Positions 58,816 to 64,000 of a stretch of 64,000 nucleotides of DNA are shown in pieces. The stretch is from NCBI GenBank assembly GCA_009103225.1, contig RHPI01002910.1:1-64000 (forward strand), written 5' to 3'. The position numbers were made by a program, and so were the translations under genes. The notes beneath the pieces are model-generated. The model saw only the letters and a list, made by a program, of their open reading frames with translations. It did no database searches and was not told the DNA's origin. Source of the stretch: Chlorokybus atmophyticus (taxonomy: Eukaryota > Plantae > Mesostigma and Chlorokybus algae). The first letter of the stretch is position 1, and the number at the start of each line of letters is the position of its first letter.

Positions 58816-61800
58816 CTAGTGGGCCACTTCCTCAGTGGCATCTTCTTGAGATTCGTCGTATGGGATAGGAGAATCTTGGTCAGAGTTGTGGGTGACCACC
58901 GCAGATGATTTGTCAGTGGTTGTCAAAACCGACCTGTGAGGCTGCTGCAGCTGACCCGTCAGTGGTCGTCGACATCGACTTGTAGGTGGCTGTTGCAGCT
59001 GACCGTCGGTGAGAGCGAGTGCGAGCCACCAGCTCGAGAGGCAAATATCCTTGAACCTCTCCATCCTCCTCATCCCAATGGGGACGAAACCATGTCTTCT
59101 CTGTCCAGCAATCCAGCCCCATGCCAACAGAGAAGTTGAAGTCCTGTCCCAGCAACAGGTCGAAGGATCCTGCGTCGGTGTCCACACACTTTTGTATGAC
59201 CTCGGTGCTGTGCGAAGGGTCCACCCCTGTCAAGCGAATGCAGAGGCTTGCTTGGTGATGCCAATCACCTTGTTACGGCTGCCGGTTGCTGTGTCGAGCA
59301 CATATGGGCACGGCATCATCTCAGCGCTGGTAATGCCAAGGTCGCGTGCGAGGTAATGTCCGAAGATGACAGGCTGGGCTCCAGCGTCCAGCATTACACG
59401 CTTGGGTGCTCGTCCATTGATAGTGACATGCTTGCCTTGATTGGCCATTATGGCTGCGCTGGCGTGGACGCGCAGCCGCTTGAATCGTCAGTAGCGTGTG
59501 CGTGGGGTGACTGCTGCTGCAGTCTCCTCCGGTGGTGTCGAGCGCAGTGCGACAAGCGCCCCTCGACAAGCTGGGTCTTAGGAACCTCCTTGTCCGCCTG
59601 GCCCGAACCGTCCTTGTCTTAGCTGTTGGAATACGTGCTGCGGCCTAGGTGCTGGCGGTGCTGCCTGTGGTTGCCCTGGTTGTGGCGCACGGGGATTGCG
59701 CCGCTGTGTGGCCAGGCTTCATACCTGGCGGCGTAGCCAGTGGCTATTGAGGAAACCCTGAAGGATCGGGTGATTGTGGGCCCGCTTCCCGTGCAGCCTG
59801 TTCTTCCACATATGTCTAGCGTATAGCATGAGCTGCCTCCCTGACCAGTGTACCTTCCCATGTGGCTGTTGGATTGTTGACCACGTCATTCCAGCGGTGA
59901 TTTTGAGGCATGGGCTGGAGATACACTGCGCGCAGGAGCCGCGCTCTTATGCCGTGAGTGATGGTGGGAACCCTTAGGATCCCTGCCATGTACGCATCCC
60001 ATCCGCCATTAACCACCCCCACTTTCAGCATCGTTGTTGCTCGTGCCCACAGTGAGGTAAATCTCTGGCTGTTGGACATGCTGCTCGTAAGCAGCTGCAA
60101 TGCATCTGCGTTGCCGCACTGCTTCCACCCCTGGCAACCTAAGTATTGTCACAGCCCACTCGACCACAAAAGACTTGGTGCTTTTATGGTCGATTTGTGG
60201 TAATTTAATGTACCTTCCCGTTACATTCCCCCCCACTTAAGAACGCTGACGTCCTCGGCAGCTGGCGCTCATCAGCTGGGGAATCTTCCCAGGGGTCTGA
60301 TTTAGGGTCGGTCACCGGCCCCACCACCCAAGGACCGGCTAATATAGGCCCATACCGGTCAACGCGCGCATAGCGCGCCGCTGCCGGCCCCACAGGTCGC
60401 GTCGCCGCGATAGGCAGGTCGCGCCCTGCCGCGCCGACTGAACTGGTCAGTTCGGCGCGACTGCCATTAGGCAAGTCGCGACCCATCGATGATGGCACTC
60501 ATAAAGTGACCATTTACGATGTCATTGGATCGAGAAACAACGACCGCGGAATTCGTGTGCAAGGCAGGAATCGAACCCGGGTCTCAAGCTCCGATGACCA
60601 ATGTCACAGCCCACTCGACCACAAAAGACTTAGTGCTTTTATGGTCGATTTGTGGTAATTTAATGTACCTTCCCGTTACATTCCCCCCCACTTAAGAACG
60701 CTGACGTCCTCGGCAGCTGGCGCTCATCAGCTGGGGAATCTTCCCAGGGGTCTGATTTAGGGTCGGTCACCGGCCCCACCACCCAAGGACCGGCTAATAT
60801 AGGCCCATACCGGTCAACGCGCGCATAGCGCGCCGCTGCCGGCCCCACAGGTCGCGTCGCCGCGATAGGCAGGTCGCGCCCTGCCGCGCCGACTGAACTG
60901 GTCAGTTCGGCGCGACTGCCATTAGGCAAGTCGCGACCCATCGATGATGGCACTCATAAAGTGACCATTTACGATGTCATTGGATCGAGAAACAACGACC
61001 GCGGAATTCGTGTGCAAGGCAGGAATCGAACCCGGGTCTCAAGCTCCGATGACCAATGTCACAGCCCACTCGACCACAAAAGACTTAGTGCTTTTATGGT
61101 CGATTTGTGGTAATCTAATGTACCTTCCCGTTACAAGTATGGCCTCTTGAGCTCCTTATAAGGTGTCAGTGGCTGTCGAGGCAACCTCGTCATAGGCTTG
61201 CCGTAGTGAGCGAAGGAAGGCGTCCAACCAGAACAACATGGTGCCGAATGCAAACAGAGGGACTGCGGGGTAATTGGTGACTAGCCAAGTCTCTAGTCTT
61301 GCTTGAGCTGCATTGCCACCTTCTCCCATCCCTAGCATCCGTCTCAAGCCAATGCCTTCTTGTCGGTGTAGCATGGTTGCTTGTCGCAACAGGGCTGTAC
61401 AAAGTTGCTGTTCTCCGATCGAGCCTGCTCCATCCCGTTGTGTACACCCTTGTGGTGTGAGGTAGCCCCTTCCTTGGATCTCGTTGATCGTCAGGCAAGT
61501 CTTCCAACAAGATGGGTAGCAGCGGGGCGATCACCCCCTGGTTTGTTGGGCCAGCGCCCTCGCCTGGTCAATGTCGGGCTCACCGACTAGAGGTGTCGTG
61601 CTGAACAATGGGCCAGCGACTGTTGGTTGAAGAACGAGAGCGCGAGCAATGGCAAGGGCTTGCACTCTTGCATGAATTGCTGCAGTTTGGTCCTGTCGCC
61701 AAGTAAACGCCTGTTCCAGAGCGGTGTAGCGCTCATGAAGTCGAATGGTATTGAGGGGCCTCAATGCTTCGCTGTCACCCAACGGTATGTCGGCTGCTTA

Positions 61801-62790
61801 GCGATCAGCGATGTGCTGCTGTATGTTGGGTTGCCGGTCCCAATATGTGTCCAGCGGGCTTGGCTCATATGGTTCAGGTCGGACCGGTGCGGGCTGGTGT
61901 AGCGCAGTCTGCATGTTGTTATGCAGAGTCCAGAACAGCTGTAGTGCCAACTTCAGTACAGCGGGTGTTCTGACCACAAAGACGCGGTCTCGCATGGGAG
62001 GCGCCGTGCCAGCGAGGAATTCATCCTCCAGTTGCCACTGAGTCTGTTCTGGTTGGGTGTGATATTCAGGTAGTGGGAAGACTCAGTCACTGCTTTTTAA
62101 GCGTGTTTTGTGCTTCCCTCCGCGCCCAAAAGCAATGCTAGTGGATCTGCTCCACGCATGATGGTCTCCCATGCACGCTCAGCTTGCTGACCTTGCGGGA
62201 GCTTGAGTGATGTCGAGGGCGGGCCATGTAGCTGCGCGTGTCGCTACAATGGCAGCGGGCTCGACAATGGCACTACCGGTGGTGGCGAGAGTGTCGCTCA
62301 GTGGCGCGAGAGTCGTCTCAATGCTCGCTGACACAGGTGGTCCTGCAGCTGGAGCAGGACCGGTGCGACTTGCTGCCGCAGGGTCGGTGACTGCGGTGGC
62401 TGTCATCAGCGTACCCACCAGTGTTGTAGTCACGGTGCTCACTGATGTACCCACTTTTGGTGCAACTGGAGTAGTTGCTGCTGACGTTGACGGAGTCAAC
62501 ATCATAGCCGGTGTAGCTGTTGCTGCTGGTGCAGCACCACTGGTGGCTTTTGAGGAGGTAGCTGCTGACGATTTTGCGGCTTCCCCTCGAGCTCGTCGAG
62601 ATGGTTGAACGTGCTGGTGTCTCTCGGGCGCTTCGGAGCCATCATTGCCCATCGGCCAGAGTAGCAGGCACGGTAGTTCTGCTCCTTGTTCCTCCAAGCA
62701 TGCCATACGCGCCATGAGGGCAGCGATATGGTCATCAGCTGGCGGGTTGGTTGAAGCCTTGGCGGCAACAGCAGCAGCGCGCGGACGTCA
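58816..62790 (-). mobile_element. degenerate Ty3-like gag-protease remnant, interrupted by the TRIM array and truncated by the hAT element
   Basis: Retropepsin VMLDAGAQPV (D at ~59386) and FDLLLGQDF. Gag-like helical segments and coiled-coil IAALMARMACLEEQ upstream. Many stops and frameshifts. No RT or LTR found. Confidence 0.65.
60147..61135 (-). mobile_element. tandem-array TRIM: LTR-int-LTR-int-LTR
   Basis: 79-bp TG...CA repeats at 60147-60225, 60602-60680 and 61057-61135 (455-bp period). AGTAT TSD at 60142-60146 and 61136-61140. PBS-like TGGTCATCGGAGC and PPT AAGTGGGGGGGAA on the minus strand. Confidence 0.93.
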
Positions 62791-63109
62791 TTCCAGTCAT
62801 AGTAGCACCATACGACTCATTTTAGGTAAAAATACGCTTTAATACTAGTATACCAAGCAGCATTTGTCATACCACTCGAATACGGCCTAAAATACGACTT
62901 TTAGGGTTATATATGGTGTTTAATGAGATATTTTCGATTCTAATGACTTTCTACTTGCAAACCCTTATTCCACCGCCTTGGAACGCAACAGACATTCTCC
63001 TAGCGGCGGTCTCCTTGGCGTGGGCGGCGGTGGCGACGGGATTGTCTTACTTGCCCTGCTTCCACAGACGCCTTGCAAGCAAGATATTCTCTCACTGTCA
63101 CACACGCAC

Positions 63110-63500
63110 GCACCCACACAGTTAGTCTACCTCCCTCTCTCTCTACCTCTCTCACACACGCACATACACACAATCAGTTCATCTCTCTCTCCCTCTCTCC
63201 CTCTCATAAACGCACATGATTGCGCGTGTGCATGCAGTCCAGACTGACTGCTCTCCCTCTCTCACTCTCACACACGCACGCATACACACAGTCAGTCTAC
63301 CTCCCCCTCTCTCTGTCACACATGCACATACAGGCAGTCTATCTCTCTCTCCCTCTCTCACTCTCACAAACGCACACACACAGTTAGTCTCCCACTCTCC
63401 CTTTCTCCCTCTCACACACGCACGCACAGTCAGTCTACCTCCCTCTCTCCGTCTCTCCCTCTCACATACGCACATGCACACGCGCATTCAGTCCGCCTCC
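63110..63500. repeat. degenerate ~60-bp minisatellite (cacacagtYagtctacctccctctctc...)
   Basis: About six imperfect units built from CT and CA tracts. Confidence 0.7.
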
Positions 63501-63552
63501 CCCTCTCTCTATTTACTGAGCACTGACGCGCGCAATGTGCAGACGCTGTGTC

Positions 63553-63819
63553 ATGAAGGGTGAGGAGTGGAAGCATGTGCTGGTCATGAGCACTTCCGCC
63601 AAAAACTCGCAAGTTGAATGCTTGTACTGCAAGAAGACCTTCTGGGGAGGAGCCAGCCGCATCCGTGCGCATCTGCTTGGTGACAAGCCAACGGTTGGCG
63701 TGTCTCCTTGCACGGAGTGCCCGGAGCAGGTTAGCGCTGTCATACGCAGCCTTGAAGATGAGGCCGTGAAGGCTCATACCAAGCGGCGCAAAGTGAACCG
63801 ATTAGACGTGCTGTCGTAA
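63553..63819 (+). CDS. BED zinc-finger N-terminus of a hAT transposase (partial, probably spliced beyond ~63814)
   Basis: EEWKHV...VECLYCKKTFWGGASRIRAHL...VSPC follows the W-CxxC-H-C BED pattern. Confidence 0.8.
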   Translation: MKGEEWKHVLVMSTSAKNSQVECLYCKKTFWGGASRIRAHLLGDKPTVGVSPCTECPEQVSAVIRSLEDEAVKAHTKRRKVNRLDVLS

Positions 63820-64000
63820 GAAGGTTGGTGCTTCATTGTTGCACATGCAAGCAAGAGTTGCCAACACTCAACACACATGCATGCTCATTATGCATTGTCA
63901 CAAGCAGGTGCAGGCACAAGCGCAGCCAGAACCCAAACCCAAACCACTATCCCACAAGGCTTCAATCGAACGAACAAGACTGATGTTGATCGCGCCATAG

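Larger units (their letters stand above)
62798..64000 (+). mobile_element. hAT-like DNA transposon, 5' portion (left end tentative)
   Basis: BED-finger ORF downstream. AT-rich segment starting CATAGT with repeated ATACG motifs, which abruptly truncates the gag-like frame. Confidence 0.55.

Noticed and set aside
60555-60590. tRNA gene
   Set aside because: Only a T-arm/B-box is present, with no acceptor stem, D-arm or anticodon arm. Reported as a TRIM sub-feature instead.
60205-60953. Duplicated 97-aa ORFs (MPSSMGRD...)
   Set aside because: They fall inside the TRIM internal region, run through the PPT into the LTR, and have no recognisable domain. The identity simply reflects the repeat.
60147-61135. 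CRISPR-like array or retrozyme interpretation of the 455-bp repeats
   Set aside because: The intervening regions are near-identical rather than unique spacers, and TSD, PBS and PPT are present. A CTGATGA occurs on the minus strand of the internal region, but it has no GAAA partner or hammerhead stems, and none occurs in the LTR.

Overview
Eukaryotic, intron-rich nuclear DNA from a green alga or alga-like plant. The conserved proteins and transposon domains look plant-like, so an early-diverging streptophyte alga is plausible, but that is inference. There are three N gaps and no CRISPR array, rRNA or complete tRNA gene. Both ends are nested transposon clusters. Left end (1-11.5 kb): a decayed Ty3/Gypsy chromovirus (gag knuckle, protease, RT, RNase H, integrase, chromodomain, PPT, 3' LTR) split by a 6.18-kb CACTA-like element with a 3-bp TAG target-site duplication. 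Right end (58-64 kb): a CACTA TnpA-like pseudo-exon pair, a gag-protease remnant, a near-identical tandem TRIM array (3 x 79-bp LTRs, 5-bp TSD) and a BED-finger hAT element. The gene-rich middle holds a secreted GDSL lipase with a ~400-aa unrecognised C-terminal extension, DCAF1, head-to-head SPOUT1/EMC1, head-to-head ERG24/RlmN, and three paralogues of a secreted bacterial-type alpha/beta hydrolase (two intact, one pseudogene). The most notable items are the tandem TRIM with a tRNA-like internal segment, the hydrolase family, the hairpin-bearing repeat modules inside the CACTA-like element, and the GDSL fusion. All gene models were assembled by eye from GT/GC-AG splice signals. Family assignments come from recalled motifs, not database searches.
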